Shown here one piece after another: positions 30,982 to 40,491 of a stretch of 64,000 nt of DNA. Source of the DNA: Planctomycetota bacterium (GTDB lineage Bacteria > Planctomycetota > UBA1135 > UBA2386); contig OZ245006.1 in assembly GCA_965223545.1 (NCBI GenBank), forward strand, positions 3,840,001 to 3,904,000, read 5' to 3'. How positions within the stretch are numbered: position 1 is the stretch's first letter; every line of letters starts with the position of its first letter. The notes below the pieces were generated by a model. The model was not told the origin of the DNA. It searched no databases and was given only the letters and a program-made list of their open reading frames with translations. The translations under genes were made by a program, and so were the position numbers.

Positions 30982-33441
30982 ATGACGAAAACAGGCCCAG
31001 CGCTCGCGGCGGCGATCGCCTGGTTGAGCCCAGCGCTCCTCGCGCAGGCAGCGTTCGACCCTCTCACCGGCTTGCCACTCGATGTCCCGGCGGAGGCGGC
31101 ACTGGCATTCGGCGACGTCGATCGGGACGGCGATGCAGATCTGATCTTGGGATCACCGCTCCGGCTGTATCTCAATGATGGACGCGACTTCTTCGTCGAC
31201 GCGAGCTCACAGCTCGGCAGCGCAACCCAAGGCTCGAAGGTTGTGCTGGTGGCCGATCTCGACGGCGACGGAGACCTCGACGCATTTCTCGGCGGCCCCG
31301 CCAACACGCTGCTGGTCAACGACGGCACGGGGACGTTCACCGACCGCAGCAGCCAGCTGCCGGCCCAGGGGGTGCTGACGCTGGCGTCGGCAGCCGCCGA
31401 CATGGACGGCGATGGCGATCTCGACCTCGTCCTCGGTGGGAGGTTCTCCGTCGCGGTTTGGCTCAACTCCGGTGGCGGTGTCTTCGCTTCGCAGAGCCAA
31501 CTCTCGACGACCGCGCGGATCACTGCCCTCGCCTTGGCCGATTTCGACGGCGACGGCCTGCGCGACGTGGCGGCGTCGAGCGCCGGCGGACAGAGCGCCC
31601 TGTTTCGCAACCGCGGCGGGGGCCAACTGATCGACGCGACCGCATCGTTGCCAGTCGCCAGTTTCATCAGCCGCGGCGTCGCGGCCGCCGACGTCGATGC
31701 GGACGGCGACCAGGATCTCGTCTTCGCCGACACGCGCTCCGCGATCCGCGACCGGCTGTACATAAACGACGGCACGGGGGTGTTCGCCGACGAGTCCACA
31801 ACGCGCATGCCGACCCGCCCATTCAGCAGCTGGACGATCTCTGCCGGCGACGTCGACGCCGATGGAGACAATGACCTGATCGCCGGTGGCGACGGCGGGG
31901 ATCAGCTTCTCTTGAACGACGGGAGCGGCGTTTTCGTCGAGTCCGTTGGTGCCCTGCCCGCCGATCGCGAGCCCTCCCGCAACATCCACCTGTTCGATCT
32001 CGACGCCGACGGCGATCTCGACGTCGGCATCTGCAACTGGCGAGCGCGAGTGCGTCTGTACAAGAACGACGGTGCCGGGACCTTCTTCGACTCCGAGCGC
32101 CTCCCATCGAGCCTGTTGCCGCTGACCGGAGGCGCGGTGGCCGACGTCGATCTCGACGGCGCCCCCGACCTGGCGATCGGGGTCGGACTGGCGCCAGCCC
32201 AGCTCTTCCTGAACGACGGCAGCGGAGTGTTCTCGGATGTGACGCCAACCGCCATGCCCGGCACGCAGCTCCCGAATCGGCGTGTCGTCATGGGGGACGT
32301 CGACGGCGACGGCGATGCCGACATGTTTCTCGCCAATTTCCAACAGGACCGGTTGTACGTGAACACCGGCGTCGGCTCCGGTTCGTTCGTCGACGAGACG
32401 ACCTCGCGCCTGCCCCCCGACAACGATCTGACAGAGGACGCCGCCCTGTTCGACGCAGATGGAGACGGGGACCTCGACATCTTCAAGCTGAGCAACACAC
32501 CCCATCGCCTGCTCATCAACGACGGTACTGGCGTCTTTGTCGAAGCGGTCGGCGCGATCGGGACGCAAGGCTTCGGCCGTGGCAGTGTCGTAGCGGGCGA
32601 TGTCGATCGGGATGGAGACCTGGACCTGGTGCTGTCCCAGGGCAGTCTGCTGCTGAACGACGGTACTGGCGCCTTCGTCGAGGCCCCGGTCGAGCAGCTA
32701 CCAGTGCTCAACGCCGGCCAAGTGAAACTGGCAGATGTCGATGGCGATCAAGACTTGGACATCTTGACCGCGACCGGGGGAGGGCTCTACCTCAACGACG
32801 GCGGAACGTTCAGCAGCGCCTTCACCTATCCGTTCTCCTTCCGTTCGATGCTCGATCTCGAAGTCGTCGATTTCGATGGCGACGGAGACCTCGACGTCAT
32901 CGGGACCGACCAAGGGCTCCTCCTGTTCGTCAACGACGGGGCGGCCAACTTCACCGAGCAAAGCTCGCTGTTGCCCGCCACGACCGCGTTCAGGCTCTTG
33001 GCCCTGGACGCCGATGGCGATGGCGACGACGACATCGCCGCTCTGGAGTACTCGCTCCCCAACCGACTCCTTCTGTCCCTGCATACGCAGCTGGACTCGC
33101 CACTGCCGGCCAGCGTCGGCCGCTGGTATTGGCTGGAGGCATACGTCATTCCAGGCAGCGCACCGATGGCGGCGTGGGCCGTCGCAGCCATATCCGGAAA
33201 CCGGCTCAGCCCCCCACTGTCCCTGCCCTGGGGCTCGTTGCACATCGATCCGACTCAGTGGGTAGCGTTGCCGCCGCGCTTCATCCCGGCCCCGGGCGGC
33301 ATGACGCGGTGGGTCGTCCGCCTTCCGCAGGAGGCGAGCATTGTTGGTCGAACGATCTACGCGCAGGCCCTGGTCGAGCGCCTCGGGGGTGGCTCGGTGC
33401 AGCTGACGAACCTGGTGCCGGACGTCGTCCGCGCCAACTGA
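30982..33441 (+). CDS. Secreted FG-GAP/VCBS repeat protein with the shared C-terminal module
   Basis: AAGGAG RBS, signal peptide, many DxDGDGDLD repeats. Confidence 0.9.
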   Translation: MTKTGPALAAAIAWLSPALLAQAAFDPLTGLPLDVPAEAALAFGDVDRDGDADLILGSPLRLYLNDGRDFFVDASSQLGSATQGSKVVLVADLDGDGDLDAFLGGPANTLLVNDGTGTFTDRSSQLPAQGVLTLASAAADMDGDGDLDLVLGGRFSVAVWLNSGGGVFASQSQLSTTARITALALADFDGDGLRDVAASSAGGQSALFRNRGGGQLIDATASLPVASFISRGVAAADVDADGDQDLVFADTRSAIRDRLYINDGTGVFADESTTRMPTRPFSSWTISAGDVDADGDNDLIAGGDGGDQLLLNDGSGVFVESVGALPADREPSRNIHLFDLDADGDLDVGICNWRARVRLYKNDGAGTFFDSERLPSSLLPLTGGAVADVDLDGAPDLAIGVGLAPAQLFLNDGSGVFSDVTPTAMPGTQLPNRRVVMGDVDGDGDADMFLANFQQDRLYVNTGVGSGSFVDETTSRLPPDNDLTEDAALFDADGDGDLDIFKLSNTPHRLLINDGTGVFVEAVGAIGTQGFGRGSVVAGDVDRDGDLDLVLSQGSLLLNDGTGAFVEAPVEQLPVLNAGQVKLADVDGDQDLDILTATGGGLYLNDGGTFSSAFTYPFSFRSMLDLEVVDFDGDGDLDVIGTDQGLLLFVNDGAANFTEQSSLLPATTAFRLLALDADGDGDDDIAALEYSLPNRLLLSLHTQLDSPLPASVGRWYWLEAYVIPGSAPMAAWAVAAISGNRLSPPLSLPWGSLHIDPTQWVALPPRFIPAPGGMTRWVVRLPQEASIVGRTIYAQALVERLGGGSVQLTNLVPDVVRAN

Positions 33442-33454
33442 GCCCGCCGCGGAC

Positions 33455-34441
33455 TCAGCCCGCGGCAGCCTGCTTGACCGCTTCGGTCAGGGCCGGCACG
33501 ACCTCGAAGACATCGCCGACAATGCCGTAGTCGGCGACCTTGAAGATCGGCGCCTCCGGGTCCTTGTTGATGGCGACGATGACGCGGGATGTGCGCATGC
33601 CCGCCAAGTGCTGGATCGCACCGCTGATGCCGCAGGCGATGTACAGCGTCGGCGCCACGACCTTGCCGGTCTGCCCGACCTGCTCGCGGTGCGGGCGCCA
33701 ACCGGCGTCGACCACCGCGCGCGACGCGCCGACGGCGGCCACACCATCACCGAAGGCGGCGGCCAAATCTTCGATCAGCTTGAAGTGCTCGGGCTCCTTC
33801 AAGCCGCGGCCACCGGAGACGATCACCTTCGCCTCTTGCAACGGCACGCGACCGCCGGAGGAGCCGACGATCTCTTGCACCACCGCGCGCAGGTCGTCCA
33901 CGCCGACGGTGGGCGCGACGGTCGTGATCTCCGCGCCAGCGCCGGTCTTGGCCTCGAACACGTTGGGCCGCACGGTCGCCATGAACGGCGCCCGTTCGGC
34001 CTTGACCACGCGATACGCCTTGCCGGCGAACACGGGCTTGGTCGCCGAAAAGACGCCGCCCTCGCATTCCAACGCGGTCGCATCGCTGACCAGACCCGTC
34101 TCCAACGCCGCGGCCAACCGCGACGCCAGATCCTTGCCCATGGCGGTGTGCGCCATGATCACGGCGGCCGGCTCCAGCCCATCGAGCTGCGCCTTGAGCG
34201 CGCGGCGGTACCCATCGCCGCTGTAGTTCTCGAGCGCGGCGCCGTCCAGCGCGATGACCTTGTCGGCCTCGCCCTTGGCGAGGCCGGCGGCGGCGCCTTC
34301 CAGGCCGGCACCCGGGAGGATCGCGATCACATCGCCTCCGGCGGCCGCGGCCAAGCCGCGGGCGGCGGAGACCGCCTCCAGAGAGGTCTTCTTCAGCTGC
34401 CCGGCGCGCGCCTCGGCAATGACAACAATCGGCTTCGACAT
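33455..34441 (-). CDS. etfA: Electron transfer flavoprotein alpha subunit
   Basis: SGGRG, GASRAVVD, QVGQTG, GISGAIQHLAG, INKD. Confidence 0.97.
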   Translation of the reverse strand: MSKPIVVIAEARAGQLKKTSLEAVSAARGLAAAAGGDVIAILPGAGLEGAAAGLAKGEADKVIALDGAALENYSGDGYRRALKAQLDGLEPAAVIMAHTAMGKDLASRLAAALETGLVSDATALECEGGVFSATKPVFAGKAYRVVKAERAPFMATVRPNVFEAKTGAGAEITTVAPTVGVDDLRAVVQEIVGSSGGRVPLQEAKVIVSGGRGLKEPEHFKLIEDLAAAFGDGVAAVGASRAVVDAGWRPHREQVGQTGKVVAPTLYIACGISGAIQHLAGMRTSRVIVAINKDPEAPIFKVADYGIVGDVFEVVPALTEAVKQAAAG

Positions 34442-34450
34442 TGCAGGCCC

Positions 34451-35203
34451 CTACAGCACTTTCACTTCGTTCTTGAGCACGTCGACGAGGGCGGCGACCG
34501 CGCCGGCGCCCTCACCCAAAATGCGACCCTCCGGCCGCGGCGGCGGCAGGGTCAGCGCGGCCACCGTCGTCGCCGGTGCGGCTGCCGCGGACTGCACTTC
34601 CTCGAGCGGCTTCTTCTTCGCCGCCATGATGCCCTTGAGGTTGGCGTAGCGCGGCTCGTTGAGCCCCTTGTTGGTCGAGATCACCGCGGGCGTGGGGCAT
34701 CGCACGACCTCGCGCCCACCCTCGATGTCGCGCTGCGCCGTGTAGACACCATCGTTGAGCTCGAGCGCGTTGACGTCGGTGACACACGGCAGGTCGAGCA
34801 GCACTGCGAGCCGGCTCGGCACTTGGCTGTCGTCGTTGTCGACCGCCTGCTTGCCGCAGAACACGAGGTCGTGCGGCATCGACTTGATCTGCGCGGCGAG
34901 CACTTCGGCCGTGCTGTAGGCGTCGTGCACGACGTCACCGGCCTGGATCAGCACTGCCTTGTCCGCACCCATCGCCAGGCACGTGCGCAGCTCTTTTTGG
35001 CTGTCCGCCGACCCCAGCGTGATCACGGTGACCGATCCGCCGCCCGCGGCGTCTCGCGTCTTCAGCGCCTCTTCGACGGCGAACTCGTCATATGGGTTGA
35101 GGACGAACTCGACGCCCGCGGGATCCAGCGACACGCCGTCGGGAGCGACCTTGACCTGGGTGTCGGTCGCCGGGACGCGCTTGACACAAACAACGATGTC
35201 CAT
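34451..35203 (-). CDS. etfB: Electron transfer flavoprotein beta subunit
   Basis: CVKRVP, NPYDEFAVEEAL, AMGAD, CGKQAVD, NEPRY. Confidence 0.97.
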   Translation of the reverse strand: MDIVVCVKRVPATDTQVKVAPDGVSLDPAGVEFVLNPYDEFAVEEALKTRDAAGGGSVTVITLGSADSQKELRTCLAMGADKAVLIQAGDVVHDAYSTAEVLAAQIKSMPHDLVFCGKQAVDNDDSQVPSRLAVLLDLPCVTDVNALELNDGVYTAQRDIEGGREVVRCPTPAVISTNKGLNEPRYANLKGIMAAKKKPLEEVQSAAAAPATTVAALTLPPPRPEGRILGEGAGAVAALVDVLKNEVKVL

Positions 35204-35336
35204 TGCCGTTACATCTCTTCGCCGAGTCGGGCGAGAACGGCTCGGGGGCTCGGCGCTCAGAAAAAAGGGCTGAGCAGTTTAGGCGGCGCCGAGGCCCATG
35301 CAAGCTGGAAGAGCGGTCGCGGAATGCTGCGCGACG

Positions 35337-35744
35337 TCAGGATGGGGCGCCGACCACCACCGGCTCGTCACACTCCGCGTGCACGTGCACCGCCACCCCC
35401 TCGCCACTCGCCCGCGGCCAGATCCGGAAGCCGTCGGTGGCCATCGGGGGGATCTCCCACAGCCCCCAGATGCCCTGCAACTCGCGATAGCCCTTGTAGA
35501 ACACGCTGTGACTGCCGGCGTAGGTCTTGGTCCACCAGACCTCTTTGCTGTCGGAGTCGTAGCCGCCGCGGATGACGAAGCGGCCCACGTCGTCGGCCCC
35601 GGCACCGCGGACCCCGCCGTCCCGGAACGACAAGTGCATCTCCTGACGGTGGTTGGAGCCGGACTCGACGTAGAAGCCCAGCCATTCGCCGGACGGGAAT
35701 TCGGGGTCGTCAAAACCGGGGTCGGGGCGGTCGTCGGTCATCAT
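35337..35744 (-). CDS. Small hypothetical protein
   Basis: FPSGEWLGFY...GADDVGRF...WTKTY...GIWGLW; C-terminal part of a longer track ORF. Confidence 0.7.
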   Translation of the reverse strand: MMTDDRPDPGFDDPEFPSGEWLGFYVESGSNHRQEMHLSFRDGGVRGAGADDVGRFVIRGGYDSDSKEVWWTKTYAGSHSVFYKGYRELQGIWGLWEIPPMATDGFRIWPRASGEGVAVHVHAECDEPVVVGAPS

Positions 35745-35885
35745 CGGCAGCGGGTAGAGGATAAATGCCTTTCGCGAAGTCGTGAAGGGGGGCCGAGTTA
35801 GACCAGGCACACGGCAAAACCAAGACCCCGCCCAGGCCGGGTTTGCCAAGGGTCGCGCCAGCCCGAACGCGCTACCATGCGCGGC

Positions 35886-37196
35886 ATGAGCACAGCGAGC
35901 GCCCTGGCCGCCGCCGCCCTGACCACCGTCCTGTCTGCCCCACTCGTGGCCGCACCGCAGGACCCCGAGGCCGCGCGCGTCGACTTCGTCACCCAGATCC
36001 TGCCGATCTTCCAAGCCCGCTGCGTCGAGTGTCACGGCGCCGACGAGCCGGAAGCCGAGCTCCGGCTCGATGTGCGCGCCGGCTTGTTCGGACCCGACGC
36101 CTACGCCGAGATGGTGATCCCCGGCAACCCCGACGACAGCCTGGTTTATCAGCGCATCGTTCTGCCGGCGGACGACCCCGACATCATGCCGGCCGAGGGG
36201 GACCCGCTGACCAAGGCGCAGATAGCGCTGGTGAAGCAGTGGATCGAGCAGGGTGCCGACTGGCCCGAGGGCGCTGGCGCCGCCGAAGCCAGCGCGACCT
36301 CCGAGGAGGACGCGCTGGTGTTGGCGGAACTCGACGAGGCCGCGTTGGCGCGGCGCGACGAAGCCCTGGCCGCCCTGCGCGAGCGCGGTGCCCTGGCCCT
36401 GCAAGTCGCCGCCAACACCCAAGCGGTCGAAGTCAGCTTCGGTTTGCTCGGCGCCGAAGTGACCGATCAGGACCTGGCGCTGCTCGACGGGCTGCAGACC
36501 AGCCTGGTCTGGCTCGATCTGTCGCGCACGTCGATCACCGACGCCGCCACCGCCAAGCTCGAGCCGTTCACCGAGCTGCGCCGCCTCAACCTGTCCAACA
36601 CCGCGATCGGCGACGCCGCGATCGAGTCGCTCGCCGCTCTCACCGAGCTGCGCTACCTCAATCTGTACGGCACCAAGGTCGGCGACGCGGGCCTCGAGCC
36701 CCTGGGTCGGCTCCAGCAGTTGCGCAAGTTGTTCCTGTGGCAGACGGCCGTGACCGAGGCGGCCGCCGACGCGCTCGCCGAGAAGTTGCCGCAGACTCGC
36801 ATCGATCGCGGCGGCTACGTCGAGGTCATGCAGGAGATCGCGCGCGCGAGTGCGCCCGTCAACGACAAGTGCCTGCTCAAGCCGGACAAGGACATCGACC
36901 CGGCCTACACGTTCAAGCACGGCGAGACCAACATCGGCTTCTGCTGCGCCAACTGCCGCTCCAAGTTCGCGGCCAACCCGGAGGAGTTCGCCGATCAGCT
37001 GGCCGCGCTGGGCAAGGCACCGGCCAGCACGGAGGACGGCCTGTTCAACGCGGTCTGTCCGGTGTCCGGCGACGCCGCGGATGCCGCGCACACGGTCTCG
37101 CACGACGACAAGACCGTCGGCTTTTGTTGCGCGAGGTGCAAGGCGAGATTCGAGGCGGACCCGACCGCCTACGCGGACAAGATCCGCGCCAAGTAG
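35886..37196 (+). CDS. Planctomycete cytochrome c (PSCyt1) + LRR + two YHS/TRASH-like Cys domains
   Basis: Signal peptide; VDFVTQILPIFQARCVECHG, MPAEGDPL, WIEQGA; LRR repeats; FCCANC and FCCARC. Confidence 0.85.
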   Translation: MSTASALAAAALTTVLSAPLVAAPQDPEAARVDFVTQILPIFQARCVECHGADEPEAELRLDVRAGLFGPDAYAEMVIPGNPDDSLVYQRIVLPADDPDIMPAEGDPLTKAQIALVKQWIEQGADWPEGAGAAEASATSEEDALVLAELDEAALARRDEALAALRERGALALQVAANTQAVEVSFGLLGAEVTDQDLALLDGLQTSLVWLDLSRTSITDAATAKLEPFTELRRLNLSNTAIGDAAIESLAALTELRYLNLYGTKVGDAGLEPLGRLQQLRKLFLWQTAVTEAAADALAEKLPQTRIDRGGYVEVMQEIARASAPVNDKCLLKPDKDIDPAYTFKHGETNIGFCCANCRSKFAANPEEFADQLAALGKAPASTEDGLFNAVCPVSGDAADAAHTVSHDDKTVGFCCARCKARFEADPTAYADKIRAK

Positions 37197-37307
37197 CCAT
37201 CGGCGGCAGTTCCTTGTGACACTCCAGCCGGCCCTGGTCGACTCGGAGCCGCTGTATGGATGTCGATGCCCTGTTCTTGCGCTTCCGCGATCGCGGCGAT
37301 GCCGCCG
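37188..37307 (+). repeat. Left copy of a ~120 bp direct repeat (gene end + promoter + first ~17 codons of an ECF sigma)
   Basis: About 90% identical by manual alignment to 47551-47670; encodes MDVDALFLRFRDRGD versus MDIDALFLRFRERGD. Confidence 0.9.
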
Positions 37308-37309
37308 TC

Positions 37310-37468
37310 GACCGAGCTTCTCTAGCCCCTCGACGAGGCGGGCACCGAAGCGCTCATGCATCGCCGCTCCTTGTTCTTGCGGTTCTCGGAATGGCAGAGC
37401 AGGAAGACTTCGTCCTGGCCGGGTCCCTCGCAGATCTTGACCTCCAGGCCGTCACGGACCTTGTCCCG
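37310..37468 (-). mobile_element. Transposase fragment, probably IS1634 family, frameshifted
   Basis: VRDGLEVKICEGPGQDEVFLLCHSENRKNKER / MHERFGARLVEGLEKL resembles the IS1634 central region as I recall it. Confidence 0.6.
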
Positions 37469-37646
37469 ACCGGCCTTGGCCACCAGCTCCGCTCCGCCCA
37501 GCCCACGACCGGGATTCGACCGGCCGAGTTTTCGGCCACTGCGGGGCACGAGGCTTTGGTGGTCAACTGCGAGGTGCCAGGTGGTGCCGATCACCGGCCC
37601 GTTGCTGACGGGGCGGAATACGTGAGCGTCTTGGCTGGCGGCCAAC

Positions 37647-38807
37647 TCAGGCCGAGGCGTCGCCGAAGCGCACCTCGGTCCAGTGCACGATCCGTTCGGT
37701 CCCCGTGAGCAGCAGGCTCGCGCTGTGTTCGCCGAGATTGAAACGCGATCGATCGCGCTGTGACAGCGGGAGCTGCGGCGCGTGGTCGGCACCGCCGCCG
37801 TTGTTGAGGATGCGCAGCACCTCGGCGACCCACTCGCGGAACGCGCCCGGGTCCTCGCCGACCCCGAACGGCCGATCGGGGTGCTGCAGCGTTTGGAACA
37901 GCTGGAGCGGCGGCTGCTGGGAGGCCAATAGCCCCAGGCGCCAGCCGCCGACTCGCTCCGGGACTCGCTCGACGAGGACATGGCCCCGGGGCACGGTCTG
38001 CCACGCCCCGTTGCCGACCACGCGGGTGGACTCGGCTGCGCGCGCGCCCAGCTCGCCCGGCGCAAAGGCGTGGAGGCCAACGCTCTGGCCATCCTTGTCC
38101 ACGGTCTCCACGACCAGAAGCAGATGGCAGTCCACCTTGGGACGCACCATCGCACGCACCCGGCTCTCGGTCGAGAGCACCTGACCCTGGGCCAGGCCGT
38201 GCCAGGTTCCGCCGCCAACCGAGCCACACAGGAGGTACTGGAGTTCCAGTCGGTGGTCGGTGGACCGCCGGTGCGGATCGGCATCCGACGCCGCGGCGGT
38301 ATCGCGCTGGGCGGAGAGGTCGGCCGCGATCTCAGGGGCGCTCCCCGCGAGCCTGGTCAAAGCGCTCAGCACCTTGACGAGCAGATCCTCGGCGGATCGG
38401 AAGAACTGAACGACGAGCTCCTCCCGGAGCTTGGCTTTCAGCGCCTCGAGCTTGGCCCAGCCCGGTCCGTTCTCGATGTCCTTGATCGACACCGGGTGGT
38501 CGTCAGCGATCAGGAAGACGAGGCGCGGCTTGCCCTGCGCGACGGCGCGCTCGTACTCGAGCTCGGTGATGGACACGTCGTGTCCGGGCGGAATGAACCC
38601 GTAGCGGTAGCCGAAGACGCCGACGTACACCTCGGCGTCATCGACCCTGCGCAGGGACTCCTCCACCGCGCTGGCATCCACCGCGGTCCAGTGCTCCATC
38701 ATCACCGGGTGCTTGTCCAGCGACAGGAGCAGGTCGCGGAGGACGCTGCGATGTGGCCCGAGGTCGTACGAGGTGCTCCCGACGAAGACGCTCTGATAGT
38801 CGGACAT
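37647..38807 (-). CDS. DUF4062 (TIR-like) domain protein with a possible DUF4384-like C-terminal domain
   Basis: VFVGSTSYDL...MEHW...YVGVFGYRYG...SITELEYERA...GKPRLVFL. Confidence 0.85.
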   Translation of the reverse strand: MSDYQSVFVGSTSYDLGPHRSVLRDLLLSLDKHPVMMEHWTAVDASAVEESLRRVDDAEVYVGVFGYRYGFIPPGHDVSITELEYERAVAQGKPRLVFLIADDHPVSIKDIENGPGWAKLEALKAKLREELVVQFFRSAEDLLVKVLSALTRLAGSAPEIAADLSAQRDTAAASDADPHRRSTDHRLELQYLLCGSVGGGTWHGLAQGQVLSTESRVRAMVRPKVDCHLLLVVETVDKDGQSVGLHAFAPGELGARAAESTRVVGNGAWQTVPRGHVLVERVPERVGGWRLGLLASQQPPLQLFQTLQHPDRPFGVGEDPGAFREWVAEVLRILNNGGGADHAPQLPLSQRDRSRFNLGEHSASLLLTGTERIVHWTEVRFGDASA

Positions 38808-38875
38808 GGCTAGGCTGATCGATCGAGATGAGCCGCGGCGGAGCAGAACGCTCCGCCGCGGCGAGGGCAGCGTCG

Positions 38876-39145
38876 TCAGGCCGCCCGCTGCAGCGAGGTG
38901 CTGCCAGTGGGCCGGTAGATCGTCGGCGTCATCGTTGCGTTCGGCTGGCGACGACCTGTCGTTCGACGGTGGAACCGGTGCGTGCGCGTTTGCTCAACGA
39001 GAGTGGGGACGACGGTCGCGGTCGCGATCAGGACGGCGAGGACCGCGGGTAGACCGCCGGCGCTGCACGCGTGCACCGACATCGAGATCACGGCGGCGTG
39101 CACGAACGCCGACCGCCACAACGCCTTCAGGACATGGGTCTGCAT
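38876..39145 (-). CDS. Small hypothetical membrane peptide (89 aa)
   Basis: RBS AAGGGAG before ATG; hydrophobic N-half and basic tail. Confidence 0.45.
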   Translation of the reverse strand: MQTHVLKALWRSAFVHAAVISMSVHACSAGGLPAVLAVLIATATVVPTLVEQTRTHRFHRRTTGRRQPNATMTPTIYRPTGSTSLQRAA

Positions 39146-39203
39146 CTTGACTCCCTTAATTTCGAAAAGGGGGGTCCCCCCCCCCCCCCGACGGGGTTGA
39201 CTC

Positions 39204-39650
39204 TCATCCGATCTGCGCCCCACCAGCGTCGAGGACCCAGCCCTCGCCGCCGAGCGGGCCGCCGGGGCCAGGCGCCGCGCCGTCACCGAGCCCGCCACCG
39301 GCAAACAGACCGCCGTCGGCGCCAGGCCCGCGAGCACCCTCGTCGCCGAAGCCGCGCTGACCATCGCCGTACTGGCCTTCGCCACCGAACCCGCGCTGAC
39401 CGTCGCCGTGGTGGCCTTCGCCGACAAAGCCGCGCTGACCGTCGCCGTAGTGGCCTTCGCCGCCAAAGCCGCGCTGACCGTCGCCGTAGTGGCCTTCGCC
39501 GACAAAGCCGCGCTCGCCGACGCCATCGATCGCGCCGCCCGCAACCACGCCTTCGCCGCCGAGGAGCGCACCCTCGCCGCCGGGGATACCAACCTGCGCA
39601 CCGACGCCACCCGCCAGCATCGCTCCCACCAAAGCCAGACGCTTCAACAT
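39204..39650 (-). CDS. Secreted Gly-rich peptide with 13-aa tandem repeats
   Basis: GGAG RBS; signal MLKRLALVGAMLAGGVGAQ; four GEGHYGDGQRGF(V/G) repeats; GC-rich third positions in this frame. Confidence 0.65.
   Translation of the reverse strand: MLKRLALVGAMLAGGVGAQVGIPGGEGALLGGEGVVAGGAIDGVGERGFVGEGHYGDGQRGFGGEGHYGDGQRGFVGEGHHGDGQRGFGGEGQYGDGQRGFGDEGARGPGADGGLFAGGGLGDGAAPGPGGPLGGEGWVLDAGGAQIG
39349..39514. repeat. 39-bp tandem repeat, ~4.3 copies
   Basis: Unit AAGCCGCGCTGACCGTCGCCGTAGTGGCCTTCGCCGACA at 39349, 39388, 39427, 39466, and partial at 39505. Confidence 0.92.
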
Positions 39651-39819
39651 CGTTCTACTCCGTGTTTCGGATTCTCGTGAGGTTGCCGCCTCGGCCTGGT
39701 GCCGCGGCGTGCGCCATGAGTTGCCTCGCTCTCACCGTTTCTTGCGCGGCACGCAAGATCTGCGGATCCCTAGGCAAGGCGCGGTGGACACGCGATTCGC
39801 ACAGACAAGGAGACCTAAC

Positions 39820-40491
39820 ATGTCCACCGACCAGAACCACGTTCAGCAAGCCGTCATCGCCACCCTCTCCCCAGACCGTTGCGGGATCACAGCGGAGGTG
39901 ACGGACTTCCTTTGCCGAAACCAGGCCAACGTCGAGGGCAGCTATGCGACCCGCCTCGGGGGCCTGTACGGCGAGTACATCCATTTCTCCGCGCCGCCCC
40001 GGGCGATGGCCACGATCGAGCACACGTACACGACCGTGCTGGCGACACTCAACCCGACATTCGTGCCCACAGTGGCGGCGGCCGAGCCGGGCGCCGACCA
40101 CAAGTTCGACCTCAACATCTACGCCTGGGACCAGCGCGGGCTGCTGTCCAGCGTGACGGCCCTTCTCCGAGAGGCTGGCGTGAACGTCCTGTCGGTCGCT
40201 GGCTGCTCGTACTCGGCGCCGCAGCAGGGCAACCAGCTGTTCGTCGTCGACATGAAAATCGACATCGCGAGCTCGGTGGCGTTGCCGCGCTTGTGCGCCG
40301 ACCTGGATGCGCTGTCGAGCCAGAACGGATGGGACCTGACTCTGAAGCCGGCCGATAGCACCCGAACACACGAGGCCGAGACCACGACAAGCCCGTTCCC
40401 TCCTTCTCGGGCGCAGAGCCAGCCGGCGTTCTCGTTCCTCCAGGGCGGCGTCGAGTCCGTTGCGACGGTCCCCGCGGGAGAGCAGCGATGA
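39820..40491 (+). CDS. Tandem ACT-domain protein (GcvR-like)
   Basis: AAGGAG RBS; SPDRCGITAEVTDFL..NV and WDQRGLLSSVTALL..GVNV ACT motifs. Confidence 0.8.
   Translation: MSTDQNHVQQAVIATLSPDRCGITAEVTDFLCRNQANVEGSYATRLGGLYGEYIHFSAPPRAMATIEHTYTTVLATLNPTFVPTVAAAEPGADHKFDLNIYAWDQRGLLSSVTALLREAGVNVLSVAGCSYSAPQQGNQLFVVDMKIDIASSVALPRLCADLDALSSQNGWDLTLKPADSTRTHEAETTTSPFPPSRAQSQPAFSFLQGGVESVATVPAGEQR

Noticed and set aside
26600..33050. Many GACGTCGACGGCGACGGCGACCTCGAC-like DNA repeats
   Set aside because: Explained by FG-GAP protein repeats, not a DNA-level element.
39349..39514. Possible CRISPR array
   Set aside because: The units are contiguous 39-bp tandem repeats with no unique spacers, are in-frame coding, and no cas genes are present.
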